NCBI GenBank assembly: GCA_051294375.1
Contig: CM119271.1
Coordinates: 12,701,039-12,765,038 of the forward strand
Reading direction: 5' to 3'
DNA from: Paraspadella gotoi
Taxonomy: Eukaryota > Animalia > Chaetognatha
DNA: 64,000 bases
A model generated the notes under the pieces. That model saw only the letters and a list, made by a program, of their open reading frames with translations. It did no database searches and had not been told where the DNA came from. The position numbers and the translations under genes were made by a program. Shown here in pieces: positions 14,026-27,100 of the stretch (the stretch's first letter is position 1; each line of letters opens with the position of its first letter).

Positions 14026-14632
14026 CTCCCTCTTTTCGGTTTGAATTTCATCTCAACAAGACATCGATTTTTTTCCCCTTTCATTCGATAAAATGCTTCG
14101 CCGTCTCCGCCCTCTCTCCGACATTCCTTCCCAAAGGCATCGTTTTGATTGTCCAACCCTGGGAGATAATTGAAATACTCGAAACCGCTTCAATGGCCAA
14201 ACCTGCAAGAGATAAGTCCAAGCGGTGAAATCCGTCGGGTCGTCTTTGACCCCTTTCCAATACTTCATCAATTCTGGATTAGGCTCTTCGTCCTCTTCCT
14301 CCTTCGCCTTGGTTTCACGTCGGTTCTTCCTCCTCGTCCACTTCCTCTTCGCTTTGGGTTTGGGTTCTTCCTCCCTTTTCCTCTTCTTCCTCTTTCTTTT
14401 TGCTCTTCTTTTTCCTCTTCCTCCTCCTCTTTCCTTTCCTCGATCGTTTCCTCCATTTTTTTCTTCTCTTCTCCCTCCTCCTCCTCTTCCTCCGCAGTCG
14501 AGGTCATCTCCTCCTCTCCGGCGACGAGCGATTCCGACTTCTCTCCGGCGCCGCGACGGGCGACTTCAACTCCGCAGCGGGAGAGGGTTTGTCGTCGGTC
14601 TCCTGGGAGAGGGTGAAAAAGGATTTGTGTGC

Positions 14633-14679
<47 letters not shown>

Positions 14680-15726
14680 CCACTAAATCACCATCCCGTC
14701 GCCTCCATTGGACATCGAATCCTCATTGACGCCCGTTGAACTTCCGCAGTCGGCGCCGCGCGGCTCCAACGGTTCGTCGACGGCTTCGGCGGCGTCGTGT
14801 TCCGGCGTCGACGCCCGCGGCGCCGCTCCTCCGGAGACGAGGCCTCTTTAGCCTCGACGACTTTGGCGCGGCGGCCTCGGCGGCGGCCATGGCGACGGCG
14901 GCGCCATGGCGGCCTCCTGGGCGTCGGCCTTCTCCTTGGAGAGGGCTTCGAGGAGCCGTTCTTGAGGACGGCCTTGACGCCTTTGCTCTCGAGTCCTCGT
15001 TCCTCCAACGCGTCTCTCAATTCCTTCACGCTGAGGAAAGGGGATTTGGTTAATGCCGGATTACGGATTACGACTCTCTGCTATCACCCTCTTATGAAAC
15101 ACATCGTGCTACAAGAATAGTGCTGTGACAAACATTTGACATTAGACATTAGACTCTGTGGATAGTAGACCGCCAACGCTGGGCCACCTTCGACAGTTCC
15201 GTTCCCAGAGTATCAGTGATACCACTTTGCTCAACAGTCANNNNNNNNNNTTACGGATTACGACTCCCTGCTATCACCCTCTTATGAAACACATCGTGCT
15301 CCAAGAATAGTGCCGCGACAAACATTTGACATTAGACATTAGACTCTGTGGACAGTAGACCGCCAACGCTGGGCCACCTTCGACTGTTCAGTTCCCAGAG
15401 TATCAGTGATACCGCTTTGCTCAACAGTCAGACCCATCATCACACGATAGGGGATGTGAGTGATTCGTCACTTAACGTAACCACCTGTGACTTTCCAAAC
15501 GAGAATAATATTTTTAAAACTGGGTTAAAGAGCAGAAGGAAATTGATGAGCGACTCCCTTAGGTTCTTCCACGCCCATCAACGCCTCTCTCCGCCTCTCT
15601 CAAACCCCACTGCTCCTCAACCACCTTCATGGAGTCGAGATCCAACTCGTTGGTCGCGTTCATCTTCATTCTCTTCGCCTCCGGAACTTCGTCGAGGGAA
15701 GAGTCGAGATAATCCGAGGAATCCAT
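8984..15726 (-). CDS. PRPF39: Pre-mRNA-processing factor 39 (HAT repeats) with N-terminal SAP-like domain, acidic linker and Pro/Gly-rich tail; several apparent indels
   Basis: [97 protein letters not shown]; C-terminus ...[14 protein letters not shown]. Confidence 0.9.
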
Positions 15727-15942
15727 CGTCGTCGTCTTTCAAAGTTTTTCTTTTTTTTTTAGAGTCAAAAACCGCGAAAGACTCGAATTCTTTTGGCGGG
15801 AACAACTGCGAAAGCGATTCACCTAAACCGAGAAAAAAAATTTACGCGGAAAATATATATATATATTTATTTTTTATCAGGCGGGATTTTGTTTTTTTCA
15901 TTCTTAAATAAAAAAGGACATTTGTCGTTGACGTGAATTGGC

Positions 15943-15952
15943 GCGCATGCGC
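15943..15952. promoter_or_regulatory. NRF1-like palindrome GCGCATGCGC with adjacent CCAAT box ~220 nt upstream of PRPF39 ATG
   Basis: attggcgcgcatgcgcg at 15937-15953, in a GC-rich patch within AT-rich intergenic DNA. Confidence 0.4.
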
Positions 15953-17024
15953 GGGGCAGCTTTCGAAAAAAAAAATGTAGCTTTAGAGTTTGGAGCTTCA
16001 GAGAACAGAAAAAGGAAAAAGGAAAGAGGAAAGAGGGGTGGCGTCCGGCCATCGTTTTAAGGAGTAAATTAAATGGGATGAAGAGTAAAAAAAATTATGG
16101 TCGAATTTTAATAACAAAAAAATGGGAAATTTGTCTCCCCCCAAAAAAAGTGGAAAAATCGAGAGAGAAGCGCCGAGGATATTGTAAAACTATCCATTGT
16201 CGTTTCACATACAGCGCTTTGCGTCTGTGAGAACCCAAACTCACGATTTATAAAGTACATAATTGATCATTTTGAGAGCAACGTTATATTTGGTCACTTT
16301 TAATGACGAGACGTAAATAATTAACCCAATGGATTCAGACAATCTCTTTATAATACAAATTCGGCCAAATATTATCAGCTTTACACAATGAGTCATTTTT
16401 TTTTTTTTTTGGTAATTTTGATGATTTTATAAAAAACGCAACGCTCCCAAAAAGCTTTTATATATTCATAATCATTGTCAAAACAATGGACAGGCCACCC
16501 TTCGGTAATATCTAGTCACTATCATGAACGTAATACTGTAAACAAAAGCAAACTTTTTTTTCTAATTAGTCGTTCCGATATATATATATAAACGATCATT
16601 CGCCTCTTGAGAGATATTTATCTACAAACGGAAGTGTTCACCAATTGTTAAATCCAAGCCCCCCCCCAAAAAAAAAGGAGAAAAAAGACAACGAACGATT
16701 CATGTTTTGTTTAATCAAAGATACTTTTTTTTAAAATTATTTTGCGTTTTTGCTGACGACGACGATATAAGGCACTTTTTTTTCCTTCCCCAGCGAATCA
16801 AAAAAAAAAGCAGACGATGAAAAAAATGTTCGTTCAATCAGCGAAGACCAAAACAAATCGAGTCCACCAATCAGGAGACGAGGATCCCATTTTCGATTCT
16901 CTTTTCTCTCTCGCTTTGTTTTTTTTTTTTTGTTGTTGTTGTTAGAAGCGGAAATATCACAGAGAAGAAAGAAAGAGGAGAGAAGAATAGATAAGAGAAG
17001 AAGAGAGGTAAAGAGAAGGGTTGA

Positions 17025-19508
17025 TTATGAAGCCCAGTCGGCGAGTTCTGCCAATTCCGAGTCCTCGGCTTCGGCCGTCTTTTTCGCGGGGGAGGCTTTG
17101 GCGGCGGGAGTCGGAAGCGAAGTCGCCGGGACTGTAGGAAGGTCGGCCAAAGCGGGGCCTTCGTCCGGGAGCTGAAGGATTAAAAAAAAAACAGTTGAAT
17201 GTTTGCTTATGCATTAATAAATGTTTTATTACGTTTCACTAATTGAAAACATTTTTAGAACAACTTGATTCATATTACAGAAATTCTCATGATAAAAAAT
17301 GTATAATTTGTAGACCGCAGTCATGAATAGGTTTCGGTTTCATGGCAGACGAAATGGTAACTTCATTAACTTTATTTTAAATGAAAAACTGAGGCGACTT
17401 ACCACCGTTCACCTTCTCCTCACTTTTATTATTATTATTTTCGTCTTCTACAAAACATTTATTTGATAAAGAAGAACAACTTTCTAATCGTCTTCGTCAT
17501 TCCGATTTTAATTCTGTCCCACTCTTTCCGTCTTTCCCCTTCAGCAGGACCCTCTCTCTGTCCGTCTCTCTTTTTCTTTTATCATCTCTCTCTCTCTCTC
17601 TTCCCTTTTATCACCTGCAAAAGGTTCTTGTCCAACTCTTCCTGCTCCAACTCGTCCAACTCTGCCAAGAGTTCGTCCTCGTCGACGTCGGCTCCCATTC
17701 CCACCGGATTGGAGATCGCCTCGGAAATCTCGTTCGCGATCTGAGACCAAAAGAAAGGGGGGAATTAGACTGCGCCGTCTTACGGGGACTGCGCTGCGGA
17801 ACTGCGACGCTCACGTCTTGCTGCTCCTGAATGTCGTCCATGAGGTCGGATATCTTGTCCACGTCCAAGTTCTGATGAGCTTTCTTCAGCGATTGAGACG
17901 CGGTGTGCATCGCTTTGAGGACCTCGGTGTTTGTGCTGCGGGGGAAAAAAAGATGTGGAGGTTACAGGGATTGAAGGATAATTGTCACCAATTACCGGAC
18001 AGTGCCCAGCAGTATTTATTTAAGTATTAAAAGTATTAGAAAGAAGAAACCTGGCATTTTCTAGCGCCTCTCTTTGCAGTTCGATGGTGGAGAGCGTTCC
18101 GTCGATGGTTCCCAACTGCTTCTCGTATCGTTTCTTTCTCTTTAAAGCCTGAGGAGTGAATTATGTGTGAGAGAGAATTATGTGTGTGAGAGAGAGTTAA
18201 GTGAATTAGGAATGAATCGATCGAGTGGGTGAATGAATAAAGTGGTTAAGAAACGAAAAAATGAGAGGAGTGAAATTAATGAGCGGGTGAATAAAAAGCG
18301 AAGTTAATGAATTGGGATTGATAATAGTCACCTGGTAATTATGTAGTTAATCGAATAAATTTAAAATATACTACCAAATTAAAGAATAAATGAAAGTGAA
18401 TGAATGAGTGAAAGAATTCCATAAAGGGGTCCGATGGACCTTCTTTCCCCCCCTTCCCATTACGATTAGGCTGAGGAAGGAAGGAGCACGAGCAGGTCTT
18501 TTAAAAAATCCCCCATGCCCCTTCTCAACCACAGTTTTCCCAAAAATCCTTCATTGTGCCCCTTCCCCCACGCCCTTCTCAACCCACAGTTTTCCCAAAA
18601 ATCCTTCATTGTGCCCCTCCCCCACGCCCCTTCCCAACCCACAGTTTTCCCAAAAATCCTTCATTGTGCCCCTCCCCACGCCCCTTCCCAACCACAGTTT
18701 CCAAAAATCCTTCATTGTGCCCCTCCCCCACCGCCCCTTCCCAACCCACAGATTTCCCAAAAATCCTTCATTGTTGCCCCTCCCCCACGCCCCTCTCAAC
18801 CACAGTTTTTCCCAAAAATCCTTCATTGTGCCCCTCCCCCACGCCCCTTCTCAACCCACAGTTTTTCCCAAAAATCCTTCATTTGTGCCCCTCCCCCCAG
18901 CCCCTTCCCAACCCACAGTTTTCCCAAAAATCCTTCATTGTGCCCCTCCCCCACGCCTCCTTTCCACCCACACGTTTTCCCAAAAAAATCCTTTCATTTG
19001 CCCCTCCCCCCACGCCCCTTCCAACCCACAGTTTTCCAAAAATCCTTCATTGTGCCCCCTCCCCCACTTTCAACCCCCCCCATTTTTCCCAAAAAAATCG
19101 GTCATTGTGACCCCCACCCCTTCTCAACCCCACCGTTTTTCCAAAAATCATTCATTGTGCCCCCGCCTTATCTTTAACCCCAAAATTTTCCCAAAAATCG
19201 TTCATTGTGCCCCCCCCCCATCTCAACCTCACCATTTCCCAAAAATCGATTCTTGTTGCCCCCCCCCCCCCCGTTTACTCCAAACTCGCCTGCAACGCCG
19301 CTCTTTTATTCTTGGTCCCGTGATTCTTGGCCGGCTTGAGTTCCTCCCCGATTTTTCTTTTCCAAAAACTCGGATTTTTGTTGAGCATCTCCTCCGTTTC
19401 GCCGGAGACGCATGGATGGCCGTGTCGTATGGGTCGTTATCTGGCCGTCTGAGGGTCGTCCCCCAAGTCTTTCTTTTTCCCGCCGAAAAGTTTTCCCAAG
19501 AGGCTCAT
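17025..19508 (-). CDS. CHMP4: ESCRT-III subunit CHMP4/SNF7/Shrub
   Basis: MSLLGKLFGGKK..., KNKRAALQ|ALKRKKRYEKQLGTIDGTLSTIELQREALENA, AHQNLDVDKISDLMDDIQEQQD, DEDELLAELDELEQEELD, ELADWAS*; local indels in exon 1. Confidence 0.93.
18505..19272. repeat. C-rich ~55-60 bp minisatellite (~13 copies) in CHMP4 intron 1
   Basis: Unit cccaaaaatccttcattgtgcccctccccacgccccttcccaacccacagtttt, degenerating toward 19270; produces the spurious Pro-rich ORFs at 18408-19529. Confidence 0.95.
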
Positions 19509-20610
19509 GGTCGGTCCGTCCGTCGATGACAGGGGGGGGTGAGAGTGGGGGGGTAAAAAACGCTGGCTGGAAAAGAAGAATATTACGTATTGGGCCAATC
19601 ACAAAAATAAACTTGATTCAAGGAATGCGTAACAATTCGAGACCATAGGAAAATTATGCTGATTGACCAGCTGTATAACGTATATTGTACTAAATTAGAA
19701 GTAACAAAAAAGATCAAAACGTCAGTTGATAACAATTTTGTTATAAATAATCAAACAAATTTTATCTAAAATGCGCTTTAACAATAACATAAAAAAAATT
19801 AAACAAACTAAGCTAAAATTGGTCTGTAAGATCGTTGTTCACACTCGAGAGGTTATCAAATGTTAGGATATTGTTAAATCAAAGCTGAAACAACAAAAAC
19901 TGAACCTCAGCGTCGCAGGAATAAATAACATGATATAAAAGTTTAAATCATTAACGAAGATGTCATAAATTCTTTGACCAAACTCCAAGACGAGAGGGGA
20001 ACTTCGTATAACTATCTGTTGTCAAGCCAACGATTTTAAAGACTCATTGTTTTTTTTTCCACTACACATGGTCTGTCCGTCTATGTCAGGGGGTGAGAGT
20101 AGGGTGGGAAAAAATGCTGGCTAGAAAAGAAGAACATTACGAATGGGGCCAATCACAAAAATAAACTTGATTTAAGGAATGCATAACAATTCGAGACCAT
20201 AGGAAAAATATGCTGATTGACCAGCTGTATAATATATATAGTACTAAATATAAATAACAAAAAAGATCAAAATGTCAATTGATAACAATTTTGTTATAAA
20301 TAGTCTAATGAATTTTATCTAAAATGCGCATTAACAATAATGTAAAAAAAATTTAAGCTAAAATCGGTCTAAAACCGTTTTTCACACTCGCGAGATTATC
20401 GAACGTTAGGATAACGTTTAATCAAAGCTGAAACAACAAAAACTGAAACTCAGCGTCGTGGGAATAAATAACACAAAATAAAAGTTTAGATCATTAACAA
20501 AGATGTCATAAACTCTTTGACCAAACTTCAAGACGAGAGGCAAACTTCTTATGACTTTATCCGTTGTCAAGTCAACGATTTCAAAGATTCCTGGGTTTTT
20601 TTCCACTACG
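19505..20610. repeat. Diverged tandem duplication (~560 bp unit): ~19505-20065 vs ~20067-20610
   Basis: Both copies share ggtgagagt..gctggct.gaaaagaagaa..ggccaatcacaaaaataaacttg...ccactac; differences are mostly substitutions. Confidence 0.9.
19877..20065 (-). pseudogene. Orphan copy of F-box A terminal exon
   Basis: Encodes ...PLVLEFGQRIYDIFVNDLNFY...FCCFSFD, similar to 20418-20606, with no upstream F-box exon. Confidence 0.7.
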
Positions 20611-21770
20611 ATAAATTCGCTGATGCCTCTGTGAAATAAAAAAATAGGGCGATGTGATATAGACTAAATATTGTTGAAAATTGTTAAATGAATTAATATC
20701 TTTTGACCCTCTTATAAATTTGATTAGCCTGATATTGTAAAAAATGAAATTAACAAATAAACTCACTTGCATTGATAAAACCGGACCGGTGTTCCATCCC
20801 TAAGCTTTTTCCATTCAAGAAATTTTGCCGTCTCATCAACAATGAGACAAAACTCGTTGAGATGGTTCCACAAATACGGCCAATTGAGAAAGCCTGCGGC
20901 CACATCCGCGCTCTTCCAAGCGACGCGTCGTGTTACCGTTTGCTCATTAAGATCAAAGACGATCACGTTTTTGTCCTTAACGAGATAAAGGAGATTCTTA
21001 AAGATGTCCGCGTTTTCGCTTTGAATATTTTTTTGATAAAGATATTCGAGCGATGGAAATGTAAAGACGAGGAGGGTGGAACAAATGCGGACGACGGCAT
21101 AATCATCGGAGACGAAGAGGGCATTGGTTAGTCGAGGACTTTCTCGCATTTCAAAACCGACCAGTTCCAATTGGCGTTCATTCCAAGACTTAACATTAAC
21201 ATCCAAATGGCACAACAAGATGATATGATTAAGTCTGAGCCGGAGAACAACCAAATGGCGGCCACGAATCTCGAATCCATACATCCAAGCAATGTTGTAC
21301 GCGTTGATCATCGTGGCATCTTTGCCAGAATAGATGCTCACTTGGTTCATGACGTGGTGAACAGGATTGTACAAAGCGATGTCCCCCGTGAGAGGGTCCA
21401 CTTTAAAGACAAACTCGGCGCCAATGGACGGAGATCTTTCAGCAATGAAAAAGTCATCGAATCTTTTTTCCTTTAATCGTTCATATCTCACTTTAGCCCT
21501 GAGGCAATGCGCCATTTTTTGAAGGTTGACCGAGTCGTCGATGGATCTCAATTTATGGGGAAAAAGGCGAAGGACTGTGTTGACAGAGGCGGGGAAATCG
21601 CGTCTGACTTGGCAGCAGTCATCTTTGACTTTTTGTACATAGGTTATTGTTTTTAAAAAAACAGAAGGGACTTCTTGATTGACAGCATTTCTTAGAATTT
21701 CCAGGGTGGACGGAGATAAATGAAAAAATATCTTTTCTAAAACGTCCGGTGGTAAGTCTAACAGAGACAT
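20418..21770 (-). CDS. F-box protein paralog A (exons 21770-20767, 20628-20418)
   Basis: N-terminal F-box MSLLDLPPDVLEKIFFHLSPSTL; beta-rich C-terminal region (LYLVKDKNVIVFDL, NWPYLW); phase-2 GT-AG last intron joins in frame. Confidence 0.85.
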
Positions 21771-21908
21771 TTTTTTTTCTGTAAAAATAATTTGAAAAGT
21801 TGAAGTATTTTTTAAAAATACACACAAGTCATAACAAAAAAAAAACTTGAACGAGATAATTGGTATGAATAATGGTTTATATTCATGAAGTATCACATGC
21901 AAAGACAT

Positions 21909-22400
21909 CTATTCAAAGCTAAAGGAACAAAAACTGAACCTCGAAGTCGCAGGAAAACATAAAACGAAATAAAAGATAAAATCATGAACAAAGATGTAAT
22001 GAATTTTTTGCCCAAACTCCAAGGGAGAGAGAGAGGGTAAAAATTCTGGTGAGAAGGGGATAGGAGAATAAGAAGAAACAGAAAAAATATGAGTATTTTT
22101 TTTAAATTTAAAGATTTCATACCAAAAATTGAAAAAAAATTCATTTTGAGAATTAACCGAATTTAACCGTTAAAATAAATATATTTAACGCGTTAAGTTT
22201 AAAATTAATTTTCTGAGACCGTAAATAACCGTTAACCAGGTTAGACGGTTATCGGTCAACNNNNNNNNNNNNNNNNNNNNNNNNNCATGAGAGGACAAAC
22301 ACTTCTTATGAGCTTTTCTCCACCCGTTGCTTCAAGTCAATATTTCAAGGATTTCCTGCGGTTTTTTCCACTACACGATCAATCTCGCTTGATCCCTCTG
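21909..22400 (-). CDS. Terminal exon of F-box paralog B (split by the N gap and a misjoined segment)
   Basis: 21909-22030 encodes LPLEFGQKIHYIFVHDFIFYFVLCFPATSRFSFCSFSFE*, homologous to the A last exon; 22286-22400 is a noisy copy of the exon's 5' half. Confidence 0.6.
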
Positions 22401-22855
22401 TTAAAATAAAAAATAGGGCGAAATGATACTAGACTAAATATTGGTCTTGAAAATTTGCTTAATGAATTAATATTCTTTTGACCCTCTTATAAAACCAGTT
22501 AGACCGACAGCAGTGAAAGAAAAAGATTAATCTGGAGTCCTCTGATATGAAATGATAATAATCTTAACTTAAACATCAATAGGTTTTACCACTTTCGCCT
22601 GAATTAAATGGTGTTATGGCAATGGCAAAGGCGCTAACTACCAAATCGTCAACGTCACGGTTCTTGCGCTAAAGAAAGCTGTGCATAAGCTGTTAAGCTT
22701 ATTGAAGACTGAGATTGAATTGTCATTATGTCAAAATGTATAACAGTTCGCCCACATTTTTATGTTGCCCATATTCAAATAAAGTCACCCCAATTGATGC
22801 GTGTTGCCAGGCATAAAGGACTTAAAGTCCAAAGCTTACGTCGAAAGTTTGAGAA

Positions 22856-24103
22856 GAGAGTTTCCGATAACCTGTTAATTTTTTAGGGAATTCCTTAACC
22901 GTTAAAAACTAACATTTTTAACGGTTAACCGTTAAGATCGGTTATTTTATGAATTTAACTTTAATTTTAAATATTTAGATTTTAAAACAAACTAAAATAC
23001 TTTATTGGTATTTTCTCTTTTAAACTCTGGCTCTTGAAATGCGCGATTAAAGATCTTGAAACACAGTCGAAAAATGTTTCTGTTTTTTATGTCAAATAAA
23101 ATTGTTGTTGTAACAATAACAAATATTTTAGCTAATCTCTCATAACACAACGAAACGAAAGGATATCATCAAATTTCTAATTCTATATTTTTGTTTTCCT
23201 CTTTCTCTTCTTTTGCTCTTCTCTTTTTCTTTCTCTACTTTCTTCTCTTCCTCATTATTTTTGTAGTTGTTAGTTTTCTTAAACGCTTGTTTTTCTGTTG
23301 TTAGCTTTCATAAACTATGACCAATGTCATTGGACATAAATATAATATATGATTTTTAATTTATTGATAGACTGGTTGATTTATCAATTGATCAAAACTA
23401 TTTATTGTTAATAAATATATTTTTCAGTTTAATTAAAAAGTATATCATCATATTCTTTTTATATGTCTTTTTTTAAGATTGTTCCTTTCTATTTAACTTT
23501 TTAAATTAAAAAAAACATATTTTATTGGTTTTCTATTCATTTTTTTTCATTCATCGGTTTTATTTCATTTGCTTCTTTGTTAATTTTAAATAGGCGAAAG
23601 AAAAAGAGAGAAAAAGTAAAATAAGAGGGATTATTTATTTTAGCTAAATTGAATATATATATTTGCAGGAAGGGCAAAAAAAGGAAAAAGGTAAAAGCAA
23701 AGGGCAAAAAAGGAGAAAAAGAAAGGAGGGAAAGAAAAAAGGGAAAAGTGAGAAAAAGAAAAGAAAGGAACAGGAGGAGATAAATAAAGGGGAAGAAAGA
23801 ATAAGAGAGAGATGAGGATAGAAAAAAAAGAAAAAAATAACAAAGGTAAAAAGCAGGGGAAAAGTGGAGAAGAGAGAGAGGGTAAAAATTCATGGTGAGA
23901 AGGGGATAGGAGAATAAGAGAGAACAGAAAAAAATAGTATTTTTTTTTTAAATTTAAAGATTTCATACCAAAAAATGAAAAAAAATCTTCATTTTGAAGA
24001 ATTAACCGAATTTAACACGTTAAAATAAATATATTTAACGCGTTAAGTTAAAATTATTTTTAGAACGTAATAACCGTTAACAGTTAACGGTTATCGGAAC
24101 ACT
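22856..24103. mobile_element. Candidate non-autonomous TIR DNA transposon (hAT-like ends)
   Basis: Left end ...gtttccgataacctgttaa and right end ttaacggttatcggaacact are inverted repeats; several subterminal TTAACCGTTAA/TTAACGGTTAA motifs at both ends; TSD unreadable in noisy sequence. Confidence 0.5.
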
Positions 24104-27100
24104 TAGTAAGAAGACCCATAGCATAGACATTAAAAAGAAATGGCATGATAAAATCCCTTTTGCAGGATTTGACTCTTATATTAGACAAAACCCATCAAAC
24201 TCGCCTGCATCGACGGAACCGGACCGGCGTTCGTCCCTTTCCAGTTTTCCACTCGACAACTTCCGCCGGCGCCATTAGCAATGCAAGAGAACTCGTCTTC
24301 CTTGTTCCACAAATACGGCCAATTGAAAATCCGCCGCGACGCCCTCGCTCCTCCACGTGACGCGTCCGTATCGTCCGCTCTTTGAGATCAAAGACGACCA
24401 CGTTTGTTGTTTCCTCGACGAGTGGTAAAGAAGATTCTTCGACAAAATCCGCCGTTGTTGTTATCCATATCTTTTCGATAGCCGAAATTCGAGGGAAGGA
24501 AATATGAGAAGACGCGAATTCTAGTTTCGATCGCGGACGACGACGCGTAATCCCGGAAACGAGAAGAGGGTTGGGATGGAGGGACTCTTCAACGAGAATG
24601 CCCCGTCGAGACATGACTTCACGTTCGTTACTCGACTCGGAGACGACCGTCTCGACAGCAGAGCGCCATGCGGAGATTGATTTTGTGCTTGAGCCAAAGA
24701 AACGACGACCCGCGAAAGGCGAAGGCACTCAAGAACATCAAAACTTGAAGGTCGAAGGAGTGGAGTAAAGCGGCGTCTTGGAAGAATAAATTCTCACTTG
24801 GCTGAGGACCCGGTTGGAAAGGGATAGTAGACGGCGATGTCGAGAGAGAGGGGTCCATTTTGAAGACGCACTTGTCTGAGGAGGTAAAGATTGGGAAAAA
24901 ATGTTTAAATGAATAGGATTTTTTTTTTAATTAAGAAAAGGTATTCTTTGTGAAGTACGACTTAAAGCCGAACTCACGACTCAATGGCAAAGAGGTTTAA
25001 GTCCATCTCGTCACGACCGTGAAGTGGCATTGCTCATGATTCGGGATATCTTACAAGTTTATATTTTAACCAATAGCCATACTGTGGCAGCAAACTTAAA
25101 GCTGCCTCACTGCTGTCCGTCCTCAGCCTCGTCTCAATGGCTGAGCAGGCTAAATCATCTCATATTCCATCCGTGCGTCCCGGGTTCAATCCCTGGTATC
25201 CCGGTTCTGGCTTAATGTGACGGTGCCGGTATAAACATGCCAGTGACAGGAGGCGGTCACTGAGGGTCCGCAGCCCTACGCCAGTTTGGTGAGATACCCC
25301 GCCGCCCCGGGTATCGCAGGCTATCCTCCCGTTGCCATAAGTGGTGAGCCCTACTCTCGAACATGCCAACCGCTGGCGCACCATGCGCCCATGCTTACGT
25401 CGCTTAGGGTTATGCATATCACGCCTATGCCCTACTTCTCTGGTAACGCTCCAGACTCGCTCGCCCACTCGCTCTCACTATGGCAATGAGATCAAAACCT
25501 TCTCTCAGACATCTCCTCAGGATTGAGGCCCCTGTGGAGAAGTCTGGTGGGGGGATCCTGTGGCAGCAAGACTTAAAGCTGCCTCACTGCTGTCCGTCCT
25601 CAGCCTCGTCTCAATGGCTGAGCAGGCTAAATTCATCTCATTTCATCGTGCGTCCCGGGTTCAATCCCTGGGTATCCGGTTCTGGCTTAAATGTGACGCG
25701 TGCCCGGTATAAACATGCCAGTGACAGGAGGCGGTCACTGAGGGTCCGCAGCCCCTACGCCAGTTGGTGAGATACCCGCGCCCCGGGTATCACAGGCTAT
25801 CCTCCCGTTGCCATAATACAAACATTTAACCAGAATTAGGATAACACACGGTTGAGACCGTCAATGCGAAGCAGTTCCAAGTCTTACCGCCTCAAAGCAG
25901 GTCTTACGCTTTACTATTTTACACAGATTTTTTATCAAATCTTTCAATTTTTCACTTAACCTAAAATCTGCTTGAAAAAGCATTTAGACTTTTTGCGACA
26001 CATTTTTTTTATAAATTACACGTTGACTTTTCCCTCTTGGTCAAACATTGAATACAATTTTTTCGCCTCCGCATTTCCAGCCCTTTCAACTATTTTTCTA
26101 AATCATTTTTTTTTGGTAGCCAAACTCGAGCCCCTTACATTCTTCGTCGCCAGACGGAGGCTTTTCGGCGACGAAGAAAAGTCGTGGAATCGTTTCTCCT
26201 TCGGCTTCCCATCTCTGACTTTGGCCCTGAGGCAAAGCGCCATCTTGCGAAGGCCGACCGAGTCGTCGTGGGACCGCATTTGTTCGGAAAGAGACGAAGG
26301 ACCGTGTCGACGGAGACAGGGAAATCCCGTCTGACCGCGGGACAGTCGCCTTTGATTTCTCTACCAAAGTTAATGTTTGGAAAAGTGTGGAAGAGACGTC
26401 GGGATCGACGGCATTTCGAACATTTTCAAGATTCGACGGAGAGAGATGGAAAAATATTTCCAAAATGATCGTGGGCAAATCTGAAAGAGACATTTTTTCC
26501 CCCTGTAAAAATAGAAGAATGAGAATATTGAACAGAGTGAATATCTTTCAATATGGACGATACCATTCTGAATAGTAAGTCAGTCAACTGGCACAAGGGG
26601 AATAAAAAAGGACATGCTAAGTAAAGAAAGAATGCACCCTGTCAATTATTAAGGCAACGAGAGAAAATCACAGTAATGAACTTTGTATATAGGTATTCTG
26701 GCTTTTAATGCATTATGCAATTGCCATATATCTACTGTAAAATTGTAAATTGCCAAATGAAAGCAAAAAAATAAAAATAAAATAGAATCGAATAGAAAAA
26801 TTAAAAAATTAAGTTTTTTTTTTTTAAAAAAGGTACATAATGATTCAACCGAAAAAATGATTCAATATTAAAACGGTATATAATGTATAACAGCACAAGA
26901 GTATAATAAATCACACGAGATCAAATCACGAAAAGAGCATTTCTTCGCTGATGCTAAAAGATCGCAGGCAAAATCTACGGTTGTGACGGTCGGACAAAAT
27001 GAATAAACATGAAAATCATGGACAAATGTCCGATAAATGGACTGGTCACTTCCAATTCGATGGTCAAAATGTGCTAGGATTCCCCAGATGAAGAATGAAC

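Noticed and set aside
15060-15430. 180-bp direct repeat; similar ~110-bp case at 11288-11510
   Set aside because: Each pair flanks a 10-N gap, so they are probably unmerged contig overlaps or haplotypes; a real tandem array cannot be demonstrated.
18408-19529. 373-aa Pro-rich ORF and overlapping ORFs
   Set aside because: Translation of an intronic minisatellite, antisense to CHMP4.
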